A DNA stretch of 64,000 bases, from contig CAVYLP010000003.1 in the NCBI GenBank assembly GCA_963769425.1, positions 64,001 through 128,000 on the forward strand, in the 5' to 3' direction. Within the stretch, counting starts at the first letter, position 1. The number at the start of each line of letters is the position of its first letter. The notes beneath the pieces are model-generated. The model did no database searches. It was not told where the DNA came from and was given only the letters and a program-made list of their open reading frames with translations. The position numbers were made by a program, and so were the translations under genes. Source of the DNA: Candidatus Bathyarchaeota archaeon (lineage in GTDB: Archaea > Thermoproteota > Bathyarchaeia > TCS64). Below, in pieces: positions 43,137-53,431 of this stretch.

Positions 43137-43685
43137 ATGAAGATTATAGCAATACAGTCGAGTCCCAATGAGGACGGTTTAACGGCTAAGACAGCGAAAA
43201 TGGTCCTTAACGGGGCCGAGGCGGAGGGTGCCTCGGTCGAGTTAGTAAACCTGAACGAGTTCATCATAAAGCCCTGCGTAGCCTGTGAAGGTGGATGGGG
43301 ACAGTGTCGTAAGGAGGGCAAGTGTGTACAAGACGACGAGTTCCAGTTGATCCGTGACAAGATCTACGCCGCGGATGCGATGGTCTTCGCAACACCTGTG
43401 TACTGGGGGGATCTGAGTGAGTCAGCGAAGATATTCCTCGACAGACTCCGTCGATGCGAGGTAAAGGGCGATTTCAGGAACCTTAATGGTAAGATAGCGG
43501 TTGGTATAGCCTCGGCCGGTGGTACCGGCAATGGCTGTGTTAAGTGTCTCCTCCATCTTGAAGACTACATCAGACGCGTAGGCTTTACAGTCTTCGACCT
43601 AGTTACCGTGACACAAGCGTCGAAGGAGCATAAACTCCCGATGCTTGAAAAGGCGGGTCATAGACTCGCTAAGATGAAGCAGTAA
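43137..43685 (+). CDS. Iron-sulfur flavoprotein / flavodoxin family
   Basis: SSPNEDGLT, CVAC..C..C, TPVYWG, FLDR. Confidence 0.85.
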   Translation: MKIIAIQSSPNEDGLTAKTAKMVLNGAEAEGASVELVNLNEFIIKPCVACEGGWGQCRKEGKCVQDDEFQLIRDKIYAADAMVFATPVYWGDLSESAKIFLDRLRRCEVKGDFRNLNGKIAVGIASAGGTGNGCVKCLLHLEDYIRRVGFTVFDLVTVTQASKEHKLPMLEKAGHRLAKMKQ

Positions 43686-43978
43686 AATAACTCTCCCTTT
43701 TATTGAGAAATTCTTTCATTTTGGTATGAAATATCTCATAGATTTTTAATTCTCTCGAAGTCATACGATGAAAAACCATACTTCATCAAACAAGGCCATT
43801 TTTTTGCTTATACTATGGTACTAGTATAATGAAGACTTAACAGCCCCTTTTTCAAATTCATTGAATTTTGACTTGCTAAGTAAGTGGTTTAGCAATTTCT
43901 TTTCTTCAACTCTAATCTAAGCCATGTATTATTAGGCTATTTGTTCTGGTTCCCTAATCGAGTCTTAGATAACTGAAG

Positions 43979-44446
43979 TCACCATTCAGGCTCCACGTCC
44001 TCCCCGACGCTCCACAGAAAGATCTCAGCCGTCGACTTGCCAACATGCTTGAACCGTTTATTCAGATCCTCGATAACCTTCGAATAGCCCACCGATTTAT
44101 CGAGACCGTCTAAGTATTTCTGAAAGCTTCCGAACTCGCTTCTTATTGCCTGCATCTGCTTGGCGTTGTAGATGGTGGCGTTGATCTTCGCCCGGTTTCT
44201 CACTATCTCAGGGTTCCCCATCAACCTCTCAATGTCCCCTTCCGTGAACTTTGCTACCTTGTCGATCGAGAAGTTCTCGAAGGCTTTCATAAAGCCCCCC
44301 CACTTGACCTCTATCGTATTCCAGTTGAGCCCTGCAGTATTGATCACCCTCGTGAGGTTCTCGAAGTAGGCGTCATCCGTCTTCGGCCTACCCTTTGTGT
44401 ACACCCAGTCAGGAGGAGTCCAACTCATATGCTCACCCAAAACCAT
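43979..44446 (-). CDS. DNA-3-methyladenine glycosylase I-like protein
   Basis: AGLNW, AFENF, IVRNRAKI.ATI.NA, FKHVG; lacks the N-terminal Cys/His Zn ligands of E. coli Tag. Confidence 0.8.
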   Translation of the reverse strand: MVLGEHMSWTPPDWVYTKGRPKTDDAYFENLTRVINTAGLNWNTIEVKWGGFMKAFENFSIDKVAKFTEGDIERLMGNPEIVRNRAKINATIYNAKQMQAIRSEFGSFQKYLDGLDKSVGYSKVIEDLNKRFKHVGKSTAEIFLWSVGEDVEPEW

Positions 44447-44554
44447 TCACAGATATTCAATAATAATTGTTGTTTAAAAACGAGTAAACTGCAGGATTGC
44501 GGAAGAAGAGGATTATGAAGGAACCACGATTTACGACAAGTCGTAATGAGGGTG

Positions 44555-44911
44555 TCAACCGAAGATGAAGCCCAAAGCCACTCCTAATATCAATCCCAAG
44601 CCAAGCGGGACTAATCCGAAGAACACCGCAACATACGACATCACAGTGGGCCCATACTTATCGACGAGGGCGCTGATTTCACTTGAAATGGTATCCAAGC
44701 TCACGAACCCGAAGTATACCGCCACCAGAGTGATCAACCCGAGGATGATGCCGACCTTTAGCAGCTTCTTAATCAAGAAACCGATGATCAAACCAACTAG
44801 AAAAGGAGCCGCAAGAACCACAATGGTGGGTAAACCACCTATCGTCCCCCCCAACGCACCCCACAGATCGTTAACAATACTCATAATACTCAAGAAAAGG
44901 TTCAGAACCAT
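44555..44911 (-). CDS. Small membrane protein (FUN14-like)
   Basis: GLIIGFLIKKLLK followed by hydrophobic helices. Confidence 0.55.
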   Translation of the reverse strand: MVLNLFLSIMSIVNDLWGALGGTIGGLPTIVVLAAPFLVGLIIGFLIKKLLKVGIILGLITLVAVYFGFVSLDTISSEISALVDKYGPTVMSYVAVFFGLVPLGLGLILGVALGFIFG

Positions 44912-45056
44912 CGGATATATCTCTTTTTACATCTCTGTCAATGAAGAAGTTGAGGATTTCCCGAAAGAGCCATTGTTTTCTACAGACAAAGTTCCCACAT
45001 TGCTACCCGAGAAGGTTTAAATCGCACACGCCGTTGAGGCTTGAGAGGCGACCGAG

Positions 45057-45789
45057 ATGGGGACCGCGATAAAGGTAAGCGATCTCTGGAAGAACTTCGG
45101 AGAATTCGAGGCGTTGAAAGGGGCTACCTTCAGCGTCGAGGAGAACGAGATATTCGGACTAATCGGGCCTAACGGTGCTGGTAAGACTACAACCCTCAGG
45201 ATACTAGGGACCTTGATCACCCCATCTTCTGGGGTTGCCGAGGTCTTCGGGCTATGAAGTGGTAAAAGACGCGAATAAGGTGAGGGAGATACTCAGCTAC
45301 CTGCCTGAGGACGCCGGAGCCTATCAGTACCTAAACGGTGAGGAGTACCTGCGTTTCATGGCCGGGTTCTACGCACACGACAAGGCAGCCATCGACGCTA
45401 TGGTGTCCGCTGGTAAGGATATAAGCGGCTTAGGTGAGCGCCTAAAGGACAGGGTCAACGGTTACAGTAGGGGAATGAAGAGGCGACTCCTCATCGCGAG
45501 GGCGCTGATGATCAAGCCGAGGCTCGCGATACTCGACGAGCCTACCTCGGGTCTAGACGTGATCCAGGCGTACCACGTCCGCGGCATGATAAAGGACTAC
45601 GCGGAGAAGATGGGCGTGACCACCATCGTCTCTAGCCATAATATGCTCGAGGTTGAGTACCTCTGCCACAGGGTCGCCCTCATAAACGAGGGCGTCATCG
45701 TTGCGCAGGGTACACCCGACGAGCTGAAGGCGAGGTACAACTCAGTCAACCTGGAGCAGGCGTTCATGGAGGCAACACAGCTTGGGTAG
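45057..45789 (+). CDS. ABC ATP-binding protein (NatA-like), +1 frameshift at ~45250
   Basis: GPNGAGKTT in the first frame; YSRGM, LDEPT, SSH in the second. Confidence 0.9.
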
Positions 45790-47098
45790 CTTCACAAGCA
45801 TAATCGTGAAGGAGATCAAGGAACTGATCAGGGACCCGAAGATACTCTTCGGGGTCGTGCTCCTGCCCCTCCTCCTCTACCCCCTCATGGGGCAGGGGAT
45901 TCAGATCAGCCAAGAGGCCGTCCAGACCAGCATAAAGGGGGCTAAGTTCTCTCTCTACACCGACGACGCGGGGCCAATAGCCGATGTCATCGTCAAATAT
46001 GTGACGACTAATAACACGGTGACGCGTATACAGGCGGATAATCTCCCCGACGCTCTCGTAAAATTCAAAGACTCGGATTCCGTGGCCCTCGTCTACGTGC
46101 CAAACGGGTACAACTACAACATAACAAACGGAGGAAAGGGGACCGTGAAAATATATGGGAACCTTAAGAACCTCAACATCGCCGAGGCGACGGGCGCCGA
46201 GGTGGCGGGGAACATCGTGAACGTCTACAACTACTACTACTCGCTGGCGATCATCAAGGGCCTAGCAGCCGCTGCGGGTGATAGCAGCAGCGCGGTGGCC
46301 ATCCACGACCCGATCAGACTCACATACGCCTCGATCATCAAGGGAAACGTCGTCGAGGTCTCCCCCAGCCAGGTCACGGGACTCATAATGAGCCAGAGCA
46401 TTATGCTCCCCATAATGGTGATGATGATGGTCATATTCGCCATACAGATGGCAGCGACCAGCATCGCCCTCGAGAAAGAGCAGAAGACGCTAGAGACCCT
46501 CATGACTCTACCCGTGGGCAGGCTTACCATCCTCGCCGGTAAGCTCACCGGCTCTGTAGTCATCGCCATCGCGGGCTCAATCAGCTACATCATCGGGTTC
46601 AGCTACTACACGAACTCTGCCTTCAGCTTCGCCACCACGACGACGAGCGTTGACCTCACCGGCGCTGGCATAGGCATCCAGCCACTCGGCTACGCCCTCC
46701 TCGGGATAGTGATGTTCGTTACCCTCGTCTCCGCACTAGCACTCGCCATAAGCCTCGCCGTCTTCACCGACAGCGTCAGGAGCGCCCAGAGCCTCACCGG
46801 CGTCCTCATAGTCCCCCTGATAATCCCCGCCATCATACTCATGTTCAGCGACATCGACATGCTCCCAACGGCGATGCAGTGGATACTCCTCGCCATACCC
46901 TACACCCACACCATGCTCGCGACGAAGGCCGCTTTCCTCGGAGATTACTGGCTCATGATCAGGAGCATAGGCTACATCAGCGTCTTCACGGTCGTCGTCC
47001 TCTGGGCCGCGGCGAAGATATTCTCTACGGAGAGGATAATCACGTCGCGCTTCACGAACTTCAGCTTCGGGAAGAAGAGGAAGCAGCTGACGGTGTAG
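45782..47098 (+). CDS. ABC-2 permease (NatB-like)
   Basis: KEIKELIRD, EKEQKTLETLMTLP, GK; multiple TM. Confidence 0.85.
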   Translation: MGSFTSIIVKEIKELIRDPKILFGVVLLPLLLYPLMGQGIQISQEAVQTSIKGAKFSLYTDDAGPIADVIVKYVTTNNTVTRIQADNLPDALVKFKDSDSVALVYVPNGYNYNITNGGKGTVKIYGNLKNLNIAEATGAEVAGNIVNVYNYYYSLAIIKGLAAAAGDSSSAVAIHDPIRLTYASIIKGNVVEVSPSQVTGLIMSQSIMLPIMVMMMVIFAIQMAATSIALEKEQKTLETLMTLPVGRLTILAGKLTGSVVIAIAGSISYIIGFSYYTNSAFSFATTTTSVDLTGAGIGIQPLGYALLGIVMFVTLVSALALAISLAVFTDSVRSAQSLTGVLIVPLIIPAIILMFSDIDMLPTAMQWILLAIPYTHTMLATKAAFLGDYWLMIRSIGYISVFTVVVLWAAAKIFSTERIITSRFTNFSFGKKRKQLTV

Positions 47099-47099
47099 G

Positions 47100-47318
47100 C
47101 TACTCCTCTACCCACTCCCAGTCCTCGCACTCCTTCTTCGAGATCGCCGACTCTAGCCATCCCTGCTTTGAGCAGTATAGGAACTCGCTTAGGTGATACC
47201 GGGAGTTGAGGAGGGCGTTTAGTATCTCCTTGTTCTCCTGGCCGAGGGAGAGGCGCGTATCAGGGTCGATTACTCTCGCCCATTTGCACTCCTTGCAGGA
47301 GACCTTCAAGCGCTTCAC
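47100..47318 (-). CDS. Small hypothetical Cys-containing protein
   Basis: CKECKW..YC..ECEDW; fits between convergent/divergent neighbours. Confidence 0.45.
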   Translation of the reverse strand: MKRLKVSCKECKWARVIDPDTRLSLGQENKEILNALLNSRYHLSEFLYCSKQGWLESAISKKECEDWEWVEE

Positions 47319-47407
47319 CCGAGAATCCTTGCCGATTGGCCGTGAAAAGGATTTCCAAGGCCCATGGTAAAGGTTAAGTTAGCTACATCATATGGTTCGG
47401 GGATTGG

Positions 47408-48089
47408 CTTGGGCAAGTACAAAGGCATAGTCTTCGACCTCGACGGAACACTCGTCAACTCCGAGATAGACTTCCCGAAGATGAAGCGGAACATGATAGC
47501 GGTCCTCGAGGCGCAGGGTGCTCCGAAGGGGGTCCTCACGCCTCAGATGACGACGGCGGCCATACTCGAGCAGGTCGAGAAGTGGTGGGTGGAGCAGGGG
47601 AAGCCGGAAAAGGAGAGGCAGGGGGTACGCGACGAGATGACTCGTCTAATGGACGAGGGGGAGCTTGAGGCCGTGGAAACCCTCACAATAGTCGAAGGGG
47701 CGAAGGAGGCGATGCACAAGCTGAAGAAGATGGGCTACAGGCTCGCCATACTCACCCGCAGTCACCACGACTACGCCATAAAGGCACTGAAGAAGACGGG
47801 TATGCTCAGCGACTTCGAGCTCATCCTCGGCAGGGGGGAGACGCCCCAACCTAAGCCATACGCCGAGGCGATGACCCACGCGGCGAAACTTATGAAGCTG
47901 AAGCTCGATGAGACCTTTCTCGTCGGGGACAACCACGTCGACTCGACATGCGCCGTGAACGCGAAGTGTCACTTCATCGGGGTCGCCACGGGACCCCGTA
48001 GGGATAAGTCCTGGGAGGTAAACAGGCCCGAAGTCATCCTCCCCAGCGTCGTGGACCTCCCCGCCTACCTCGCGGAGCACGACAAGTAG
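47408..48089 (+). CDS. HAD-family hydrolase (phosphoglycolate phosphatase-like)
   Basis: FDLDGTL, LTR, KP, VGD...D; start uncertain. Confidence 0.85.
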
Positions 48090-48174
48090 GCGAAGTGGAA
48101 GGTTTTTTAACCGCTCCCCGACTATACTGAGGCAATTCAAGGCCCCCTCGGTGGGCCCTGCAGAGGTGTTGATT

Positions 48175-48444
48175 GTGTCTGGTAAAGAGGAATACGCGAA
48201 GAAACTGCAACAGGCTCAGAGCGTCCTGAATATGATCGCCGACGACAACACGACCCCGCGGAACATCCGTAGGGCCGCGAAGCAGGCGTCCGACATGCTG
48301 CTCGACGCTGGCGTGAGCATCGGGGCGAGGGCGGCGAACGCCATCAGCCTCCTCGAGGACATCAGCCAGGACCCAAACATGCCCATGTACAGCAGGACGA
48401 GGATCTGGAACGCCATCAGCGTCTTAGAGGGCATCAGGGACTAG
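48175..48444 (+). CDS. UPF0147-family protein
   Basis: DNTTPRNIRRAA, DPNMPMYSRTRIW. Confidence 0.9.
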   Translation: MSGKEEYAKKLQQAQSVLNMIADDNTTPRNIRRAAKQASDMLLDAGVSIGARAANAISLLEDISQDPNMPMYSRTRIWNAISVLEGIRD

Positions 48445-48513
48445 CCGTCCGTTTCTCAGTTCAGCTTCGTTTTAGACTCGGTTTTTTATCCCGTCGCCCA
48501 CTCATCATCCTAG

Positions 48514-49269
48514 GTGTATTCATTGGTCGGCAGAGTGCTACTCGTCGGCGAGTCGTGGGTTCAGGTCACGACCCACTACAAGGGTTTCGACCACTTCGTC
48601 AGCGGTGGATACGACACTGGGGTCGCCTACTTCAGGAGGGCGATGGAGGGGTGGGGGGATTGGGTTCACATGCCGGGGCACGAGACTCAGGCGAGCTTCC
48701 CACTTGAGGCCGAAAAGCTCAGCGATTACTCCGTTATCATCATCAGTGACATAGGGGCGGACACTTTCCTCCTCCACCCTCGGACTTGGATAAACGGGGA
48801 ACGAACCCCGAATAGACTGCGTCTCATCGAGGAGTACGTTCGCAGCGGGGGCGGCCTCGTCATGGCGGGGGGTTACCTGAGCTACCAGGGGATCAACGGC
48901 GCCGCGAGGTACCGCGCCACCCCCATCGAGGAGGTGCTACCCGTTGAGCTTGATCCCTACGACGACCGTGTCGAGTGCCCCGAAGGAATCCAGCCAAAGA
49001 CGACGAGGACAAAGCACGAGATCACCAATGGCCTAGAAGCCACTTGGCCGTACCTCCTCGGGTACAACAAAGTCAGGGCGAAGAAGGGGGCGGAGGTACT
49101 GGCCACTGTCGGACCTGATCCTCTGCTCGTCGCCGGGGAGCATGGAAAGGGTAGGGCAGTCGCATGGACTAGCGACATCGGCCCCCACTGGTGCCCGAAG
49201 GAGTTCGCCGAATGGGACGGCTACACGGCGCTCTGGAGAAGGATGATAGCCTGGGCCTCGGGGGAGTGA
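48514..49269 (+). CDS. Glutamine amidotransferase-like protein (DUF1355)
   Basis: LLVGESW, HYKGFD, ISDIGA, MAGGYLSYQG, SDIGPHW. Confidence 0.85.
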   Translation: MYSLVGRVLLVGESWVQVTTHYKGFDHFVSGGYDTGVAYFRRAMEGWGDWVHMPGHETQASFPLEAEKLSDYSVIIISDIGADTFLLHPRTWINGERTPNRLRLIEEYVRSGGGLVMAGGYLSYQGINGAARYRATPIEEVLPVELDPYDDRVECPEGIQPKTTRTKHEITNGLEATWPYLLGYNKVRAKKGAEVLATVGPDPLLVAGEHGKGRAVAWTSDIGPHWCPKEFAEWDGYTALWRRMIAWASGE

Positions 49270-49273
49270 ACCG

Positions 49274-50017
49274 GTGATAGACACCCACGCTCACCTCGCG
49301 GACCTACCCGAGGGCACAATCGATAGGGCGAGGGCGGCTGGCCTCACCGGTATAGTCGCGGTGAGCGCGAACCTGCCGACCTGCGAGGGCACACTCAGGT
49401 TGGCGAGGGCGCACTGTGGCTACGTCCACGCCGCCCTCGGTATCCACCCAACGGAGTTCTTCAACCAAAGCCTGGAGGCAGCGCTGGAGATGATCAGAGA
49501 AAACGCCCCCGAGTGCGTGGCTATTGGAGAGATCGGCCTTGACTACTGGCACAAGTTGGTCCGGAAGGAAGCGGCTATGAAGGAAAGGCAGAGGGATTTC
49601 TACGTCCGGCAGCTTCAAGCGGCCCGTGAAGTTGACCTCCCCGTCTCCATCCACAGCAGGGGCGCATGGGGTGACTGCCTCGAGCTCGCGTCGGGTCACG
49701 GCCCGGGGAGGGGCGTCTTCCACTGGTACAGCGGCCCCCTCGACGTGCTCGATGGGATCCTCGACGCTGGGTACTACGTCTCCTGCACGCCGGCGTTGGA
49801 GGTGAGTACGGAGCTCAGGGCGGCGATGGCAAAAGCCCCGCTGGAGCGCATCATCATCGAGACAGATTCTCCCGTCTGGATCAAGAGCTTGGGAAGGGAG
49901 TCGGAGCCCGCGGATGTGCAGCTGACCCTAAGGCACCTCGCCGAACTAAAGGGGCTCACCGTGTCTGACGTGGATGCGGCGACGACACGAAACGCCGAAA
50001 CCCTATTCAACCTATGA
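49274..50017 (+). CDS. tatD: TatD-family nuclease
   Basis: IDTHAH, GIHP, GEIGLD, IHSR, FHWY, ETDSP. Confidence 0.9.
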   Translation: MIDTHAHLADLPEGTIDRARAAGLTGIVAVSANLPTCEGTLRLARAHCGYVHAALGIHPTEFFNQSLEAALEMIRENAPECVAIGEIGLDYWHKLVRKEAAMKERQRDFYVRQLQAAREVDLPVSIHSRGAWGDCLELASGHGPGRGVFHWYSGPLDVLDGILDAGYYVSCTPALEVSTELRAAMAKAPLERIIIETDSPVWIKSLGRESEPADVQLTLRHLAELKGLTVSDVDAATTRNAETLFNL

Positions 50018-50036
50018 TCCCCGGTGTTCACTGATA

Positions 50037-50786
50037 GCCTTGGGTTACAGGGAGAGGGCTGTGTTCAGGCCTGTGAGCCTACTCTACTTCGTACTGCTGC
50101 TGCTCGCGCTCGTCGTCCTGATCCCCATCATCTTCCTTTTTATAGGGGATCTGCTCGTCTCCGCCCTCGGGATACCGGCGCAGTGGGTTGGAGTCTTCCT
50201 CTTCGTGAGCCTCGTGGGCAGCTTCGTCAACATCCCCGTGGCGACGCTCGTGAGCAGGGTGCCCGTGGTTAGGGTGAGGGAGGTGAACGTCTTCGGGGTC
50301 ACTTGGCAGATCCCTGATCTTGGCTTCGGGGTGTCGAAGACACACGTCCTCGTGAACGTCGGCGGGGCGTTGCTGCCCATCATTGTGTCGGGGTACCTCC
50401 TCGGGATACCGATCCTACACGCACCGGGGAATCCAGTCGACGAGTACCTCGCTGTGGTTGCGGTGCTCGTTATCGTGGCGGTCCTCGTTAACAGGTCTGC
50501 GCAGGTGGTCGAAGGGCTCGGCGTAGCGACGCCTGCTCTGGTGCCGCCACTCGTCACAGCCCTTGCGACGATACTCGTCAACTTCATTTCTCCCCTCCAC
50601 TCACCGGCGCAGGTCGCGTACATAGGCGGGACTCTTGGGACACTCATCGGAGCGGACCTCCTAAACCTCCACAGGATCAGAGACATCGGCGCCCCCGTGG
50701 TGAGCATCGGGGGCGCGGGGACCTTCGACGGCATCTACTTCACGGGTATTGTCTCCGTCCTACTCGTCGCTCTCGCGTTGGGGTAA
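50037..50786 (+). CDS. DUF1614 membrane protein
   Basis: GSFVNIP, NVGGALLP, GTLIGADLLNL, SIGGAGTFDGI; start uncertain. Confidence 0.85.
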   Translation, partial: ALGYRERAVFRPVSLLYFVLLLLALVVLIPIIFLFIGDLLVSALGIPAQWVGVFLFVSLVGSFVNIPVATLVSRVPVVRVREVNVFGVTWQIPDLGFGVSKTHVLVNVGGALLPIIVSGYLLGIPILHAPGNPVDEYLAVVAVLVIVAVLVNRSAQVVEGLGVATPALVPPLVTALATILVNFISPLHSPAQVAYIGGTLGTLIGADLLNLHRIRDIGAPVVSIGGAGTFDGIYFTGIVSVLLVALALG

Positions 50787-50818
50787 TCCTCATCTAAGCG
50801 GCGCATGCATCTTCGTGC

Positions 50819-51256
50819 ATGCAGCACGTCTACTTCGAGGTGAAGGGGGACCCGGTGCCCAAGGCGAGGGCCCGCACGGTCCGAAAGGGCGGTAGGACAT
50901 GGAGCTTCACCCCGAAGAGGGTCGCAGTTTGGGAGAAGACGGTGAAGGAGGAGGCGGCAAAGCACTTTGAGGAGCCACTCGTCGGCCCCATACAGGTCTC
51001 CCTGATATTCTACATGGACCGCCCCAAGAGCCGGAGGAAGGATGTCTGGGTCCCTACTACACCTGACCTCGATAACTTGGAGAAGGCGGTCCTCGACGCC
51101 CTCAACGGGGTCGCTTATGAGGACGACCGCTTCGTCGTGGCGAAGAACGCGCAGAAGAAGTACGTGGGTAGGGACGAACCCCGCGTCTGCGTCAGGGTCA
51201 CAAGTCTGAGCAAGCAGGTCTCCATCGAAGGCTTCTCTAAGACGTATCTCCGATAA
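50819..51256 (+). CDS. rusA: RusA-family Holliday junction resolvase
   Basis: GDPVPKARAR, PDLDNLEKAVLDALNG..YEDD, K.Y. Confidence 0.85.
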   Translation: MQHVYFEVKGDPVPKARARTVRKGGRTWSFTPKRVAVWEKTVKEEAAKHFEEPLVGPIQVSLIFYMDRPKSRRKDVWVPTTPDLDNLEKAVLDALNGVAYEDDRFVVAKNAQKKYVGRDEPRVCVRVTSLSKQVSIEGFSKTYLR

Positions 51257-51290
51257 GGTTTTACAGTCGATTTGGACATGTGTAGCGAGG

Positions 51291-51377
51291 GCCGGGGTAG
51301 CCAAGCGGACTACGGCGCCAGTCTTGAAAACTGGTGATCTTACGATCCCAAGGGTTCGAATCCCTTCCCCGGCGCCA
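51291..51377 (+). tRNA. tRNA-Ser(TGA), CCA encoded
   Basis: Acceptor GCCGGGG/CCCCGGC, anticodon arm CCAGT-CTTGAAA-ACTGG, long variable arm, GGTTCGAATCC. Confidence 0.95.
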
Positions 51378-51428
51378 CTCAATAATTATGAACTGAATAC
51401 AGGTCTATTATAAATGGAAAGTAGGGAT

Positions 51429-52628
51429 CTACTTGAGATAAGCCGCCATTAGCTTCATTATCTTACCCGGTGACCTCGCGCAGATCTTCGCGACCGTCCT
51501 CTTTGTGTTTTGTCCATTGGCGAGGGAGAGGATCTCGTCATTTGTAATCACGGTCGAGAGTAGGTTGAGGTCGTCGTCGCTGAACTTGTCGAGCATCTCG
51601 ACGATCCTGCGGCTGTCCCTGATTCTCTTCCCCCAGTACTTCTCGAACTTGACTCGGTACTGGTTGAGCCTCTTCGCCGACGTGTCCTCGCCAACGATAG
51701 CGTCGACGGCCTCCTTGCCAGCCATCTTCCCCGCCTCGATACCACTGTGGATACCTGCCCCCGTCATGGGCACAAGCTGCCCAGCGGCGTCGCCCACGAG
51801 CATCAGGTTGTCATCAACAATCTTATCGAGCATCCCCGATACGGGCGTCACGCCGCCGTTCCTTCGGAGCACCTTCGCCCCTACGAATCTGGGGTCGGAG
51901 TCGAGGAACTTTCTAAGATAATTGATCGCGGGCTCCGTGTGAATGTTCCTTACACCGAGGCCGACATTCGCGGTCTCCCCATTCTTAGGGAAGACCCACG
52001 CGTAGCCACCCGGAGCGTAACACGTCCCGACGTAGAACTCGTTTGTGGATGGGTTGTCGAGGTGCAGTCCGCCGAGTTGGTACTGAGCGCATGTGACAAC
52101 GTCGGGGTACCACCTCTCCATGCCGGCGGAGCGGCGAACGATCGACCAGTAACCATCCGCCCCGATCGTTACCTTCGCCTTGACCTTGACCTGCTCTACG
52201 CCATGCTCCGCTATCACACCGGCGACCTTGCCGTTCTCCCTGAAGACGCCCGTCGCCTTCGTGTCAGTCATTAGCTCAGCCCCGGCCTTCACCGCTAGGT
52301 CACCGATGGCTTTGTCGAAGAACTGCCTGTTCAGCGTGTAGCCGACCCAGTTGTCACTCGTGAGGTCGATATAATTCCTATTTGGCGCGAAGACCCTGGC
52401 CTTGGTTATCTTCTGCGCGACGAGCGGGGCGACGGGCTCCAGCCCAGCGTCCTTTATGCCGTTGAGACTCAGCCCCTCGGCGCAGAAGACGGGGGACCCG
52501 ATGACCGGGTGCTCTTCTAACAGAACAACGTGCGCTCCTGCGGCCGCCGCGGCCCTGGCAGCCGACGACCCGGCGGGCCCACCGCCCACCACGGCTACGT
52601 CACAGTCTACAAGCCGCATGGTAATCAA
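51429..52628 (-). CDS. Geranylgeranyl reductase (DGGGPL reductase family)
   Basis: GGGPAG, CAEG, GADG, PGGYAWVFP, VGDAAG..GAGI. Confidence 0.9.
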   Translation of the reverse strand: MITMRLVDCDVAVVGGGPAGSSAARAAAAAGAHVVLLEEHPVIGSPVFCAEGLSLNGIKDAGLEPVAPLVAQKITKARVFAPNRNYIDLTSDNWVGYTLNRQFFDKAIGDLAVKAGAELMTDTKATGVFRENGKVAGVIAEHGVEQVKVKAKVTIGADGYWSIVRRSAGMERWYPDVVTCAQYQLGGLHLDNPSTNEFYVGTCYAPGGYAWVFPKNGETANVGLGVRNIHTEPAINYLRKFLDSDPRFVGAKVLRRNGGVTPVSGMLDKIVDDNLMLVGDAAGQLVPMTGAGIHSGIEAGKMAGKEAVDAIVGEDTSAKRLNQYRVKFEKYWGKRIRDSRRIVEMLDKFSDDDLNLLSTVITNDEILSLANGQNTKRTVAKICARSPGKIMKLMAAYLK

Positions 52629-52658
52629 ATAGTCGCCCGCGGCTTTCGTATATTAAGG

Positions 52659-52877
52659 CTACCTCTCAAGGACCTTCTGGGCTGCTATCTCGATGTCCTT
52701 AGCCTTCACGGTCTTTCTGCCCGCGTGCTTCGCGTAGTCGAGGGCTTCCTTCGCCACCTTGACCCCAATCTCCTCTAAAGCCTTCCCTAGCGCGATGGCG
52801 CTCTCCTCGCTAACACGATCCGCACCAGCGCGCTTGATCAGCTTATGCATCGGAGCAACCTTAATCTCATCAGTCAA
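52659..52877 (-). CDS. Archaeal histone (HMf-like)
   Basis: AP..LIKRAGADRVS...HAGRKTVKAKDI. Confidence 0.95.
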   Translation of the reverse strand: MTDEIKVAPMHKLIKRAGADRVSEESAIALGKALEEIGVKVAKEALDYAKHAGRKTVKAKDIEIAAQKVLER

Positions 52878-53152
52878 GTGAAATCCACCTTAATATAATT
52901 CAGGATTCCTTAAATATTTAATACTTTTCCCCTTTTCCCGCAAATAAACCCGAAAATGGGACTATACTCGTTTTAAGGGTGATTAACGGCCCCCTTCAGA
53001 TGGGTAACCTTTGATAGGACGTGTTGGGAAGAGCCCGATTAGTCTCATTAAATATAAGAAGAACACATACACTCGGAGAGCACCCGAGATAAACGTTTAA
53101 ATGAGTGCCCAAGCCTCATAGAGCATCGACAAACCATCCCGGTGGAATGAAA

Positions 53153-53383
53153 GTGGGTAAAGTTAGAACAGAGATGGTCAAGAGAGTAGCAATCGAGCTC
53201 ATCGAAAAGTATCCTAGGAGCTTCGATACTGAGTTCGACCACAACAAAAAATTCCTTACTGAACTCAACATTGGCGTCTCCAAGAAGATGAGGAACAAGG
53301 TCGCTGGTTACGCCACTAGGGTTGTGAAGTCAGACCTCATGGCCGTAGAGGTCGAGGGCGAAGTAGAGCCCGACAACATCTAG
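53153..53383 (+). CDS. rps17e: 30S ribosomal protein S17e
   Basis: GKVRT..VKR, F..NK, SKKMRNKVAGYAT. Confidence 0.95.
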   Translation: MGKVRTEMVKRVAIELIEKYPRSFDTEFDHNKKFLTELNIGVSKKMRNKVAGYATRVVKSDLMAVEVEGEVEPDNI

Positions 53384-53431
53384 GCTACCAAAGCCCCTAT
53401 TACTCACGAATCAGCTTTCTCGTCGAGGCCC

